IMG/VR virus record: IMGVR_UViG_3300012953_000131
Location: 1 to 30,596 of that record
DNA from: a virus
Lineage: Duplodnaviria; Caudoviricetes
Strand: one strand, 5' to 3'
Length of the DNA stretch: 30,596 nt
Both the position numbers and the translations under genes were made by a program. The notes beneath the pieces were generated by a model. The model worked only from the letters and a program-made list of their open reading frames with translations. It ran no database searches and had not been told where the DNA came from. Shown here piece after piece: positions 16,898 to 27,044 of this stretch (position 1 is the first letter of the stretch; the number at the start of each line of letters is the position of its first letter).

Positions 16898-17316
16898 TGG
16901 AAAAGTATGATGAGTTAGAAAAGGCAATGAACGTAAAGACTGAAATAGTCAAAGAGTCTGGTTGTACAACTCGTTCTTCTCATGCTAAAAAAATAAAATC
17001 TGGGGATGATCCTCAGAAAGATTATGAGTATTCTCGTGGACAACTATACAATCTTGTGGAGAAAGGTCAAGAAGCAATCAACGGTATTTTAGATGTAGCA
17101 CAAGATAGTCAGCATCCAAGAGCATATGAAGTTGCTGGTCAACTTATAAAATCTGTTGGTGATGTAACTGATAAGTTATTAGATTTGCAAAAGAAAATGA
17201 GTGATTTGGATAAACCAACTGGAGTAACTAAGACAGTAAATAATGCCTTGTTTGTAGGTAGTACTTCTGATCTTCAGAAACTTATAAAGAAAGGTGTTCT
17301 AAATAATAAAGACTAA
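16897..17316 (+). CDS. g16: Terminase small subunit gp16
   Basis: DYEYSR..L, HPRAYEVAGQLIK, NNALFVGSTSDLQK. Confidence 0.93.
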   Translation: MEKYDELEKAMNVKTEIVKESGCTTRSSHAKKIKSGDDPQKDYEYSRGQLYNLVEKGQEAINGILDVAQDSQHPRAYEVAGQLIKSVGDVTDKLLDLQKKMSDLDKPTGVTKTVNNALFVGSTSDLQKLIKKGVLNNKD

Positions 17317-17333
17317 GACAAACTATTAGGTAA

Positions 17334-18803
17334 ATGCCGAAGCGTTTAGGACAAATCGATACTAAGGATATTAACTACTATTCTGGTCAGGATAGGGATC
17401 CTAATACTGGTTTACCCAAAGGTCTGAAGTCACATTCTTCTGTTAAAAAAGATACTGGTGTTATGGATGAGTCACTACTAGGAAAAATAAGACAGACTCT
17501 TACTGGGGCAAGTTCTGAAATTAATGAATCAGTATCAGAAGATATCGTTCAACACGATAAGTTAGTAAAAGCAATTAGAAACTCGGAGACAAATAAGTTG
17601 ACTAAAGCAAAATTATTATCAACTGCTGTTAAAGTTCGAGGATTGAAAAGTGAAGAAAAAGAAAAAGGTCTTGATGGTAAGAAATGTTGGAAAGGATATA
17701 GACTTGCTGGTACTAAAAAGAAAGGTGGTAAGACAGTTGATAACTGTGTGAAAAGTGAAGATATAGTTAATGAAAGATTGGGTGGTAAAGGTTACTCTAA
17801 GAAAGCCACTGGAGGTGGTGGTGACTGGGAAGACTCTGATAGAGGTGAAGGTAATAAGGCAACCAGAAGATCAGGTGGAACTGTAAAGGTAAAGAGTCCT
17901 ACTTATCTTGCTTATATTAAGAATAAAAAGAAAGCAAAGGTGAGTGAAGGATCAGCATATGGTTTATGGAAAGGTGATGGTAAGAGGAAACTTCCTGGTG
18001 ATAAAAAGAAGAAAGTTACCGAACAGGAACTCAAAGAGTACTCACCAAATGTAACCTACCAAGCAAAAGGTGGTAAGAAGTCTGGTAAGTTGGGTAAGTC
18101 TTCTGTTTATAGCCTTAGAGGGGATGATGAAAGTAAAAAGGATTTTAGAAAATCCCATACAAAAGATATTAAAGATGGTCTCGTGAAGAAAGAATCCTAT
18201 GCTACTGCTAGGAAACCATCCGAATTGAAGAAGAAAGCAAAATTAGAAGCACTTTTACAACGTATAGAAGATCGTAAGAAAAAGCAGAAGGAGTCTGTCA
18301 AAGAAAGTAAATCGTACAAAGACTATATGGCAGATGTACAATCAGCTAAAGATAGAAAAAAATCGGTTCGAGATAGAAGAAAAGAAAGGGATGCAGCATT
18401 TGTAGATAGAGTAAAAAGTGGTATCAAGTTCTACGATAAAAAGGGATCTGGTAGAATTGTAAAGGGTAGAAAGGTTTATAGTTCTGCATCCGAAGGAGTT
18501 GTTCAGATAGCAAAGGCTGCTATGAATGTTGCTAAAAAAGCATTAGCAACTCAAGGTGGTGGTAAATTTGCTAAGAATACTAAGACAGGTTCTCAAACAG
18601 TTACACCAAAGAAAAAGGAAGATCCAAATAAGGAGAATCAACCAAATCCAGGAATAACTTCCACTACTAATACTAAAAAGAAATCAGGTGTAGTAGGTAT
18701 TGCAACCCATATTGATGGTAAGAAAATTGCCAAAGGTGCAAAAAGTGCAGTAAAAGGATACACTGCAATGTTTGATGCTCCTAGTTCGGAAGGCGAAGTT
18801 TAG
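17334..18803 (+). CDS. Lys-rich low-complexity modular protein (489 aa), possible internal head protein
   Basis: Long ORF between g16 and g17; late-like CTAAATA at 17299-17305; basic modules separated by (I/L/V)xE motifs; contains CWKGY...GTKKKGGKTVDNCV. Confidence 0.65.
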   Translation: MPKRLGQIDTKDINYYSGQDRDPNTGLPKGLKSHSSVKKDTGVMDESLLGKIRQTLTGASSEINESVSEDIVQHDKLVKAIRNSETNKLTKAKLLSTAVKVRGLKSEEKEKGLDGKKCWKGYRLAGTKKKGGKTVDNCVKSEDIVNERLGGKGYSKKATGGGGDWEDSDRGEGNKATRRSGGTVKVKSPTYLAYIKNKKKAKVSEGSAYGLWKGDGKRKLPGDKKKKVTEQELKEYSPNVTYQAKGGKKSGKLGKSSVYSLRGDDESKKDFRKSHTKDIKDGLVKKESYATARKPSELKKKAKLEALLQRIEDRKKKQKESVKESKSYKDYMADVQSAKDRKKSVRDRRKERDAAFVDRVKSGIKFYDKKGSGRIVKGRKVYSSASEGVVQIAKAAMNVAKKALATQGGGKFAKNTKTGSQTVTPKKKEDPNKENQPNPGITSTTNTKKKSGVVGIATHIDGKKIAKGAKSAVKGYTAMFDAPSSEGEV

Positions 18804-18818
18804 TAACTCTTTTTTATT

Positions 18819-20492
18819 ATGCCAACTACAAATGATATTTACTTAGGTAATCCCAACCTAAAGAAAGCTAATACTGAAATTGAATTTACCCAAGAAAATA
18901 TTGAAGAGTTTCTCAAGTGTAAAGAGGATCCAGTATATTTTGCATTAAATTATATTCAGATTGTATCTTTGGACCATGGTCTAGTTCCTTTCAAGATGTA
19001 TCCATTTCAGGAGAAACTTGTAAAGAATTTCCATGCTCATAGATTCAATATTTGTAAGATGCCACGTCAGACTGGTAAATCTACAACTGTTGTATCATAC
19101 TTATTACACTATGCAATTTTCAATGATAATGTCAACATTGCTATTTTGGCGAACAAAGCGTCCACGGCTCGAGATCTACTTGGCAGACTGCAACTCGCTT
19201 ATGAAAATTTACCTAAGTGGATGCAGCAGGGTATAATAGCATGGAACAAAGGATCAATGGAGTTGGAGAATGGAAGTAAAATTATCGCAGCAAGCACGTC
19301 TGCATCTGCTGTCCGAGGCGGTTCCTATAATATCATCTTTCTTGACGAGTTCGCCTTCATTCCGAATCATATTGCTGAAGAATTCTTTGCCTCTGTTTAT
19401 CCTACTATTAGCTCTGGTCAATCAACAAAAGTCATAATGGTTTCAACCCCTCACGGGATGAATCATTTTTATAGATATTGGCATGATGCTGAAAGAGGTA
19501 AGAATCAATATATTCCAACTGAAGTTCATTGGTCTGAAGTACCAGGTAGGGATGCTGTATGGAAAGAACAAACAATTGCTAACACTTCAGAACAACAGTT
19601 CAAAGTTGAGTTTGAATGTGAGTTCTTAGGATCTGTTGATACTTTAATAGCACCGTCTAAATTGAAAGCGATGGTCTATGAGGATCCAATAAAAAACAAT
19701 GGACATTTGAATGTATATAAAGCACCAGAAAAGGGAAGAGATTATATCGTTACTGTAGACGTTGCAAGGGGTGTATCAAAGGATTATAGTGCCTTTGTGG
19801 TTTTTGATATTACAACTTTCCCATATGCAATTGTGGCAAGATATAAAGATAATGAAATCAAACCTATGTTATTTCCTTCGGTTATACATGATGTTGCACA
19901 AGCATATAATGATGCGTATGTATTGGTGGAAGTAAATGATATTGGAGATCAAGTAGCAGCTATTTTATTTTATGATCTTGAGTATGAGAACTTACTCATG
20001 GTTGCTATGAGAGGTAGAGCAGGTCAGATTGTGGGATCAGGATTCTCTGGTGTCAAAACTCAGTTGGGTGTCAAGATGAGTACGACTGTAAAGAAATTGG
20101 GTTGTTCTAACCTGAAGACTTTAATAGAAGAGGATAAACTTACAATTAGTGATTATGATATTATTTCAGAACTGACTACTTTTATCCAAAAGAGACAGTC
20201 ATTTGAAGCAGAGGAAGGTTGTAATGATGACCTAGCGATGTGTCTGGTTATATTTGCATGGTTGGTAGCACAAGATTACTTCAAAGAGATGACTGACCAA
20301 GATGTCAGAAAACGCATCTACGAAGAACAAAAGAATGCTATTGAACAGGATATGGCACCATTTGGATTTGTATGTGATGGATTTGATGAAGAGTCTGAGA
20401 TAGTCGATCAAAATGGTGACGTTTGGAAAACTGATGAGTATGGTGATAAAGGTGGTGGTATGGATATGGATTATATGTGGAATTATCAATGA
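18819..20492 (+). CDS. g17: Terminase large subunit gp17
   Basis: YLGNPNLK, Walker A PRQTGKST, Walker B IIFLDEFAF, nuclease motifs VTVDVARG and NDDLAM. Confidence 0.97.
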   Translation: MPTTNDIYLGNPNLKKANTEIEFTQENIEEFLKCKEDPVYFALNYIQIVSLDHGLVPFKMYPFQEKLVKNFHAHRFNICKMPRQTGKSTTVVSYLLHYAIFNDNVNIAILANKASTARDLLGRLQLAYENLPKWMQQGIIAWNKGSMELENGSKIIAASTSASAVRGGSYNIIFLDEFAFIPNHIAEEFFASVYPTISSGQSTKVIMVSTPHGMNHFYRYWHDAERGKNQYIPTEVHWSEVPGRDAVWKEQTIANTSEQQFKVEFECEFLGSVDTLIAPSKLKAMVYEDPIKNNGHLNVYKAPEKGRDYIVTVDVARGVSKDYSAFVVFDITTFPYAIVARYKDNEIKPMLFPSVIHDVAQAYNDAYVLVEVNDIGDQVAAILFYDLEYENLLMVAMRGRAGQIVGSGFSGVKTQLGVKMSTTVKKLGCSNLKTLIEEDKLTISDYDIISELTTFIQKRQSFEAEEGCNDDLAMCLVIFAWLVAQDYFKEMTDQDVRKRIYEEQKNAIEQDMAPFGFVCDGFDEESEIVDQNGDVWKTDEYGDKGGGMDMDYMWNYQ

Positions 20493-20776
20493 TCACCCCA
20501 AAATGTATAAGTGGTGAAAACTGTATAGCATACTCATCTACAGGATATCTTTTACCTTGTTGTTGGGCAGATCAAATAGATCGTAGATTAGAATTTTCCC
20601 AATTGTTACAGGATAAGTTTAAATTGGAAAATGTATCATCAGTAGATGATATAATTAGATCTGATGAATGGCAATCCTTTTATAGAGGATTATTAGAAGA
20701 TCCTGACAATGCTCCTACAGTATGTAAAAATTATTGTAAGTCAGATTACAATAATAAAATTGAGATAGATGTATGA
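20489..20776 (+). CDS. Stand-alone SPASM/Twitch-like Fe-S protein
   Basis: ATG 20489 overlaps the g17 stop (ATGA). Pattern PKC...GYLLPCCW...VCKNYCK. Confidence 0.65.
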   Translation: MITPKCISGENCIAYSSTGYLLPCCWADQIDRRLEFSQLLQDKFKLENVSSVDDIIRSDEWQSFYRGLLEDPDNAPTVCKNYCKSDYNNKIEIDV

Positions 20777-21386
20777 ACCAAAAAGACAAATAAACATTGA
20801 TCTTACTAATAAGTGTTCATTAGCATGTCCTGCATGTGATAGACAGAGATTAATAAAAGATAAGCAAAGAATAGTTGGTGGTGATATACCATTAGAATCA
20901 ATGAATAAGTTGATTGATTACTTTGATCATCTTATATTTTGTGGACAGATATCTGATCCTACTCATCATGATAAATTTTCAGATATTATAAAATTATGTT
21001 TACAAAAGAAAAAAAGAGTAACAGTTGATGTAGCATCAACATTTAGGAAGAAATCATTCTATACAGGTCTTTTTCTCCTCTCAAAGGGAAAAGATATTGA
21101 ATGGATATTTGGTATAGATGGGTTACCAAAGGACAGTCATAAGTATAGAATCAATCAAGATGGTCAGGAATTATATGAGATAATGAAAAGAGGATCTAAA
21201 CTTGGAGCTAAATGTACGTGGCAGTATATTGTTTTTAACTATAATGAGAATGATATATCTGAGTGTGAGAAGATGGCAAAGGATATAAATGTAAAATTTA
21301 GAACAGTAATATCTTCAAGGTGGAAAGGTAATATGGAAATATATAAACCAGAGAAACAAGAATATTATATAACTCGTGGATTTTGA
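20769..21386 (+). CDS. Radical SAM protein
   Basis: IDLTNKCSLACPAC (CxxxCxxC), FCGQISDP (GGEP-like), IFGIDG, WQYIVFNYNE. Confidence 0.88.
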   Translation: MYEPKRQINIDLTNKCSLACPACDRQRLIKDKQRIVGGDIPLESMNKLIDYFDHLIFCGQISDPTHHDKFSDIIKLCLQKKKRVTVDVASTFRKKSFYTGLFLLSKGKDIEWIFGIDGLPKDSHKYRINQDGQELYEIMKRGSKLGAKCTWQYIVFNYNENDISECEKMAKDINVKFRTVISSRWKGNMEIYKPEKQEYYITRGF

Positions 21387-21594
21387 AAAAACCTTTGATT
21401 TAGATCATCTTATATTTACCGAAAGGAAATGTAGAACATGTGGTATTACAAAAGAATTACTTTCTGATTTTTATAGAACAAGAAGAAATAGAACTACACC
21501 ATCAGCATATTCATACGAATGTAAAGACTGTACAAAAATTAGAATAAAGAATAAAAAGAGAAAACAATATCCAGAAATATATCCTGATTGGTAG
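21376..21594 (+). CDS. Small zinc-ribbon protein (CxxC...CxxC)
   Basis: RKCRTCG...FY...SAYSYECKDC...YPDW; I recall similar small ORFs upstream of g18 in cyanomyophages. Confidence 0.75.
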   Translation: MDFEKTFDLDHLIFTERKCRTCGITKELLSDFYRTRRNRTTPSAYSYECKDCTKIRIKNKKRKQYPEIYPDW

Positions 21595-21633
21595 GGTTCA
21601 TGCAGGGTTTCCCCACTGTAAGCGGGTTTTTTT

Positions 21634-21640
21634 CTAAATA
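21634..21640 (+). promoter_or_regulatory. Late promoter variant (CTAAATA) for g18
   Basis: Intergenic, 37 nt upstream of ATG 21678. Confidence 0.55.
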
Positions 21641-21677
21641 TTAGTAGTCAAAAAAGTACGGTATCACGGGAGTTAGG

Positions 21678-23909
21678 ATGGCACTACGATTATCATCTCC
21701 GGGTATTAGTGTAAGGGAAGTAGACCTTACTAGAGGTGGCGTTAATGCAAGCATTAATGTTGTTGCTGGTATTGCTGGACCTTTTCAAAAAGGCCCTGTC
21801 AACGAAGTTGTCAGGATCAATAACGAGAAGGAACTCATCGATGTATTCGGTGGTCCTGGTCCTAGTCTAACCGATTATCACTATGAAACTTGGTATGCTG
21901 CATCAAATTTTCTTTCATATGGTGGACAACTAGATGTTGTTCGTTCAGGTGGAGGAGCATCAATGGTCAACGCCAACGCAGCAGTTGGAGTTGCATCAAC
22001 AGGAACATTAGTCATTGAAAATCTCGATGATTATAATAATAATGAATCCACTGCTACAGATTTTTACTGGGGAGCAAAAAACCCAGGGTCATGGTCGGAA
22101 AATCTAAAGGTCGCAATCATTGATAATGGTGGAGACCAAAGGATTTCTGGTATTCTAACATCAGTATGTGGCACAGGAACAAATACTTACACTACTAAAC
22201 CTGTTGCTGTAGGTTATGCTGTAACTCAGAGATTGAGTGGTACAAGCATTGGTATTGGAACAACAGGAGCATATGGAACACATGATTACCTAAAAGGCAT
22301 CATAACTGGTGTAGGTAATAGTTTCATTGATGTCAAGGTTGTATCAACAGTTATTGCAGGAGTCGAAACTGCAACAACATATCAGGAAAACTCAAAACTT
22401 GAGTTCAAGGCAGGATCTGACGGTGAACATACTACTATTGGTATCTCATCAGTAGCAGCAACCGATCCATGGAAACTTACTGGAACAGCAGCACTATCAG
22501 ATTGGTATAATCAGCAAAACATTTTAACTGGATCTGGAGACGGTGGAACCGATCAGATTACTTTGAAATGGAAATCTATACTACCAAAACCTCAAGATAA
22601 CTCATATGTTACTACTAGAGGTGGATCTGCTGATGCTGTAAACGTTGTTGTTATTGATGGTGACGGTGATATAACAGGAAATACTGGAGCACTTTTAGAA
22701 AAATTCGGTAATCTTTCTAAAGCACAAGATGCTGAAGGATCTCCTAATAAAAACATCTACTATAAAGATGTTATTGCTAATGAGTCTGAGTACATTTATG
22801 CTGGATTGTCTCCTGTAAATGCTGCTGATTCTTTCCATAACACTGCACCTAAAGCAAGTGGATTTAGTAGTGGAGTCACACCAATTACTACATCAGTAGG
22901 TGCTTGGGGACAAAATGGTAAGAATACTAAGTTCAATTACATTGGTAATACGGTCTATACACTTAAGGGTGGTAAAGATTACGGTGGAACAGTTGGAAAC
23001 TTTGCTGCAGATTTAGGAGATACTCTTACTGCATATGATAAGTTAGGAGATAAAGTAAACTCTGATATTAGGTTCCTACTGCAAGGTAGTGCATCTGGTA
23101 CAGAATCAGTTGAACAGGCAAAGGCACAGAAATTAATATCAATTTGTGAAAATAGAAAGGACTGTGTAGCATTCATTTCACCTAACCGTGATTCAGTTGT
23201 GAATGTTTCTAGTTCTGCGGATCAACTGTCTAATGTGCTTTCATTCTTTGCACCATTAGCATCATCTTCTTATGCAGTGTTCGATAGTGGTTATCAATAC
23301 TTCTATGATCGCTTCAATAAGAGATTTGCTTACATTCCTCTATCATCAGATGTAGCAGGTTTATGTGTAAGAACAGACAGAGATCAGTTCCCATGGTTCT
23401 CACCAGCAGGAACATCTAGAGGTTCATTAGCACATTCAGTAAAATTAGCATTCAATCCTGGTCAAGAAGACAGGGATAGATTGTATTCTTCAAGGATAAA
23501 CCCAGTTATTTCCTTACCTGGATCTGGAATCATCCTTTACGGTGATAAGACCGCACTCTCATATCAGTCTGCATTTGATAGAATCAACGTAAGAAGACTC
23601 TTCATCACTGTAGAAAAGGCAATTGAAAGTGCAGCAAATGCACAACTCTTTGAACTCAACGATGCAGGTACACGAAGCAATTTCGTGAACATCGTTGAAC
23701 CATTCCTAAGAGATGTACAATCTAAGCGAGGAGTTACAGACTTCTTACTTGTTTGTGACGAAACAAACAACACACCAGATGTGATAGACCGCAATGAATT
23801 CGTTGCTGACATCTTCTTGAAGCCAGCAAGGTCGATTAACTTCATTGGACTCACATTTGTGGCAACAAGAACAGGAGTTTCATTCTCCGAAGTCGTAGGC
23901 ACCGTTTGA
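21678..23909 (+). CDS. g18: Tail sheath protein gp18
   Basis: SPGISVREVDLT, PWFSPAG..RG, AFDRINVRRLF, IFLKPARSINFI.LTFVATRTGVSFSEV. Confidence 0.97.
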   Translation: MALRLSSPGISVREVDLTRGGVNASINVVAGIAGPFQKGPVNEVVRINNEKELIDVFGGPGPSLTDYHYETWYAASNFLSYGGQLDVVRSGGGASMVNANAAVGVASTGTLVIENLDDYNNNESTATDFYWGAKNPGSWSENLKVAIIDNGGDQRISGILTSVCGTGTNTYTTKPVAVGYAVTQRLSGTSIGIGTTGAYGTHDYLKGIITGVGNSFIDVKVVSTVIAGVETATTYQENSKLEFKAGSDGEHTTIGISSVAATDPWKLTGTAALSDWYNQQNILTGSGDGGTDQITLKWKSILPKPQDNSYVTTRGGSADAVNVVVIDGDGDITGNTGALLEKFGNLSKAQDAEGSPNKNIYYKDVIANESEYIYAGLSPVNAADSFHNTAPKASGFSSGVTPITTSVGAWGQNGKNTKFNYIGNTVYTLKGGKDYGGTVGNFAADLGDTLTAYDKLGDKVNSDIRFLLQGSASGTESVEQAKAQKLISICENRKDCVAFISPNRDSVVNVSSSADQLSNVLSFFAPLASSSYAVFDSGYQYFYDRFNKRFAYIPLSSDVAGLCVRTDRDQFPWFSPAGTSRGSLAHSVKLAFNPGQEDRDRLYSSRINPVISLPGSGIILYGDKTALSYQSAFDRINVRRLFITVEKAIESAANAQLFELNDAGTRSNFVNIVEPFLRDVQSKRGVTDFLLVCDETNNTPDVIDRNEFVADIFLKPARSINFIGLTFVATRTGVSFSEVVGTV

Positions 23910-23929
23910 TCTAGGAGGAACAACTAACA

Positions 23930-24559
23930 ATGGATAAAAACGTTTTTTCAATTCCCAATAACACTCGAACAATCGATGACTTCAAGTCACGATTGATTCA
24001 GGGTGGTGCACGTCCTAATCTCTTTGAGGTTGAGATGGCATTTCCTTCTGAAGATATTTTCCCTGATATTGGGGACACTACTTTCAGAATGATGATTAAA
24101 GGAGCACAACTTCCAGCATCTAATATTGCTGAAGTTGTAGTTCCTTTCAGAGGTCGTCAGCTGAAAGTCGCTGGTGACAGAAGATTTGACCCATGGACAA
24201 TCACTGTAATTAATGATGGTGATTTCAAACTTCGTGAAGCATTTGAAAAGTGGGCAAACTTTATCACTAAAGTATCTGACGGATCAGGAACAATCAATCC
24301 TAATGATTATCAGTCAAACTGGATTGTAAACCAACTCGGAAGAGCAAAGTTCACTGAAGGTCGTTCTATCGACAGTGATTCTGAACTACCAGTTCTTAGA
24401 AGGTACCTTATGAAAGGTTGCTGGCCAAGTACTGTTGCTCCAATTGAACTTTCATATGACACTGCAGACACTATTGAAGAGTTTCAGGTAGTCATGCAAG
24501 TTCAGTATTGGGAAGCATATCAAGGTAGTGGCTCACAGGGTGGAGCATCTGTGGTATAA
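23930..24559 (+). CDS. g19: Tail tube protein gp19
   Basis: GGARPNLFEV, LPASNI, FRGRQLKVAGDRRFDPWTITVIND; AGGAGG RBS. Confidence 0.96.
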   Translation: MDKNVFSIPNNTRTIDDFKSRLIQGGARPNLFEVEMAFPSEDIFPDIGDTTFRMMIKGAQLPASNIAEVVVPFRGRQLKVAGDRRFDPWTITVINDGDFKLREAFEKWANFITKVSDGSGTINPNDYQSNWIVNQLGRAKFTEGRSIDSDSELPVLRRYLMKGCWPSTVAPIELSYDTADTIEEFQVVMQVQYWEAYQGSGSQGGASVV

Positions 24560-24565
24560 TAAATA
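24559..24565 (+). promoter_or_regulatory. T4-type late promoter (ATAAATA) for g20
   Basis: Directly at the g19 stop, 25 nt upstream of ATG 24591. Confidence 0.65.
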
Positions 24566-24590
24566 AGTGTATATTAGGTAAAAGATTGAT

Positions 24591-26234
24591 ATGGCAAAGC
24601 TTTTTGGATTCTCGATTGAGGATGAAGAAAAGAAGTCGAAAGGTGTAATTAGCCCCGTTCCTCCGAATAACGAGGATGGGGCTGACTACTACCTTTCTTC
24701 TGGTTTTTACGGTCAGTATGTAGATATTGAAGGGGTATTTAAAACTGAATTCGATATCATTAAAAAATATCGTAATATGTCATTGCACCCTGAGTGTGAT
24801 ACCGCAGTAGAACATGTTGTAAATGAAGCAATAGTTTCCGATTTAAACGATAGTCCTGTAGAAATAGATCTAGACAATCTGAATGCAAGTAATAGTTTAA
24901 AAAATATTATACGTGACGAGTTCAAATATGTAAAGGACTTACTTGGATTCGATAAGAAGGCACATGAAATATTCCGTAACTGGTATGTTGATGGAAGATT
25001 ATATTATCACAAGGTTATCGATCTTAAAAAACCAGAATTAGGATTAGAAGAAGTTAGATATATTGATCCCCTCAAGATCAAGTTGATGAGGATTAGACCT
25101 AAAGATGATCATAAGAAGTATGAAGTAAGACCTAGTGGGTCTATTGGAGAAGCAGCTCCAATGAAAGATACTGAGATTGTAGAGTTCTATACATATTACC
25201 CCCAAGGAACTGCACAGAAGTTTGGTACTATTGCAGGTAAAGGAATAAAAATTGCTAAAGATGCAATCGTACATTGTTCCTCTGGATTGGTAGATAGAAA
25301 TAAGCATATTGGTTTATCATACTTACATAAGTCAATCAAGGCACTCAATCAGTTACGTATGATTGAGGACTCTCTTGTTATCTACAGACTATCAAGAGCA
25401 CCTGAAAGAAGAATATTCTACATTGACGTTGGTAATCTTCCTAAAATTAAAGCGGAACAATACTTGCGTGATGTGATGAGTCGTTACAGGAACAAACTTG
25501 TATACGATGCACAGACTGGTGAGATCAAGGATGACAAGAAGTTTATGTCTATGATGGAAGACTTCTGGTTACCTAGACGTGAAGGTGGTCGTGGAACAGA
25601 AATTACAACACTTCCTGGTGGACAGAACTTAGGTGAACTTACAGACGTAGAGTATTTCCAGAAGAAATTATATCGCTCACTCAATGTACCTGAGTCAAGA
25701 ATAGGTGCAGATGGTGGATTTAACTTAGGTAGATCATCTGAGATCTTGCGTGATGAACTTATGTTTAGTAAGTTTGTTGGTCGTTTGAGAAAGCGTTTTT
25801 CTGCTGTATTCTTAGATCTACTTAAGACTCAACTTATACTCAAGAACATCGTTAGCCCAGATGATTGGGAGAAGATGGCAGAGCATATACAGTTTGATTA
25901 CTTATATGACAATCACTTTGCTGAACTCAAAGATACTGAGTTGATGAATGAGCGTTTGAATTTAATGGTACAGATTGAACCATACATCGGTACGTACTAT
26001 TCAAGAGATTTTGTTAAGCGTAAAATATTACGTCAGACAGAAGAGGAAATTATTGAGATGGAGACTGAGATGGAAGAGGAGAATGCAACAGGTGTTGGAG
26101 TTCCTCTTGAAACTCAGAATCAAATGATGCAAGGAATGATGGATCAGGATCTAGGTGCACAACCAAAAGACCCAACTCCAGATGAAAAAAGTACTCAGTC
26201 TCCAGGGATTGATATAAAGAAAGCGAAGATCTAG
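24591..26234 (+). CDS. g20: Portal vertex protein gp20
   Basis: RAPERRIFYIDVGNLPK, EDFWLPRREGGRGTEITTLPGGQNLG. Confidence 0.98.
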   Translation: MAKLFGFSIEDEEKKSKGVISPVPPNNEDGADYYLSSGFYGQYVDIEGVFKTEFDIIKKYRNMSLHPECDTAVEHVVNEAIVSDLNDSPVEIDLDNLNASNSLKNIIRDEFKYVKDLLGFDKKAHEIFRNWYVDGRLYYHKVIDLKKPELGLEEVRYIDPLKIKLMRIRPKDDHKKYEVRPSGSIGEAAPMKDTEIVEFYTYYPQGTAQKFGTIAGKGIKIAKDAIVHCSSGLVDRNKHIGLSYLHKSIKALNQLRMIEDSLVIYRLSRAPERRIFYIDVGNLPKIKAEQYLRDVMSRYRNKLVYDAQTGEIKDDKKFMSMMEDFWLPRREGGRGTEITTLPGGQNLGELTDVEYFQKKLYRSLNVPESRIGADGGFNLGRSSEILRDELMFSKFVGRLRKRFSAVFLDLLKTQLILKNIVSPDDWEKMAEHIQFDYLYDNHFAELKDTELMNERLNLMVQIEPYIGTYYSRDFVKRKILRQTEEEIIEMETEMEEENATGVGVPLETQNQMMQGMMDQDLGAQPKDPTPDEKSTQSPGIDIKKAKI

Positions 26235-26235
26235 T

Positions 26236-26243
26236 TATAAATA
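26236..26243 (+). promoter_or_regulatory. T4-type late promoter (TATAAATA, perfect)
   Basis: Exact consensus between g20 and the ORF at 26266. Confidence 0.8.
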
Positions 26244-26265
26244 GATTTATTACAACTTTTTTAAT

Positions 26266-26481
26266 ATGGATTCTACAGAACTAGTGGATATGATGATTGA
26301 TGGTGCTACCCCAACAGAGGTACAAGATAAGATCACAGATCTTTTGTACGCTAAGTCTGTTGAGAAAGTTGATGCGATGAAACCAGAGGTCGCACAAGGA
26401 CTCTTTGGTGACCAACCTGAAGTAGAACCTGAAGTGAACGCTGAAGTTGAACAAGAACCCACAACGGAAACAGAAGAATGA
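26266..26481 (+). CDS. Small acidic protein, positional equivalent of prohead core gp67
   Basis: 71 aa with a Glu-rich tail, immediately after g20. Confidence 0.65.
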   Translation: MDSTELVDMMIDGATPTEVQDKITDLLYAKSVEKVDAMKPEVAQGLFGDQPEVEPEVNAEVEQEPTTETEE

Positions 26482-27044
26482 GTGCATCACAACCATTATC
26501 ATTAGTCACCGATCATGGTGAGTTATCTAGTGCTAATGCAACATCTGCAGTCACTGGAGCGAAGACCATTAAGTCTGGTGTACTCTACGTGGTATGTTCA
26601 GATGCTAAATCAGCAGGTAACATCGCTGTTTGCAACACCGCAAATCAAACAGGTGTCGGATCTTTTCATGTAGCGAAAGGGGACTCCTTCTTATATCGTT
26701 ATGGACATCCAAAAAATTCTTCAGTATCAGCAATAAGTAAAGCAGCGGCTGCTGTTCTAACTATTGATCGGACTGATAGTAAAATTGAAGTTGGTGATTA
26801 TGTTACATTGACAGGAGCAGCAGTAGGTGCATGGAATACACTTATTGCTCATGTAGAAGTTACTGCTAAGTCAGCACCACAACAGTGGAATGAGTATAAG
26901 CAAACTATTACAGTTAATGCCAATAGTTCTGCACTAGCAGATTTTACTGGTACTGCGACATTATCTAAGTCGGTGATTTTTAGACTAGCACCTGAAACTG
27001 CTTCAGGATGCACATTACGTTTACACGAGGTAGGAATAGGATGA
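26478..27044 (+). CDS. Hypothetical virion-associated protein (188 aa, beta-rich)
   Basis: ATGA-coupled at both ends, between the gp67-like gene and g21. Confidence 0.7.
   Translation: MSASQPLSLVTDHGELSSANATSAVTGAKTIKSGVLYVVCSDAKSAGNIAVCNTANQTGVGSFHVAKGDSFLYRYGHPKNSSVSAISKAAAAVLTIDRTDSKIEVGDYVTLTGAAVGAWNTLIAHVEVTAKSAPQQWNEYKQTITVNANSSALADFTGTATLSKSVIFRLAPETASGCTLRLHEVGIG

Noticed and set aside
21376-21594. Homing endonuclease, or precursor peptide for the radical SAM enzyme
   Set aside because: It has only a zinc ribbon with no HNH or endonuclease VII catalytic region. The CxxC pairs look structural.
21601-21632. Possible hairpin or terminator upstream of g18
   Set aside because: The stem tgcag-gg/cc-a-ctgta is weak and bulged, and the T run is separated from it. 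Not enough to call.
18819-26234. Introns or inteins in g17, g18 or g20
   Set aside because: The ORFs are continuous, of normal length for cyanomyophages, and show no intein motifs.
27008-27040. Listed upstream start of g21 (also the listed starts at 5978, 7936, 10796, 11413, 12123 and 20477)
   Set aside because: Downstream starts give stop/start coupling, an RBS or conserved N-termini (e.g. MKLISE at 27041).
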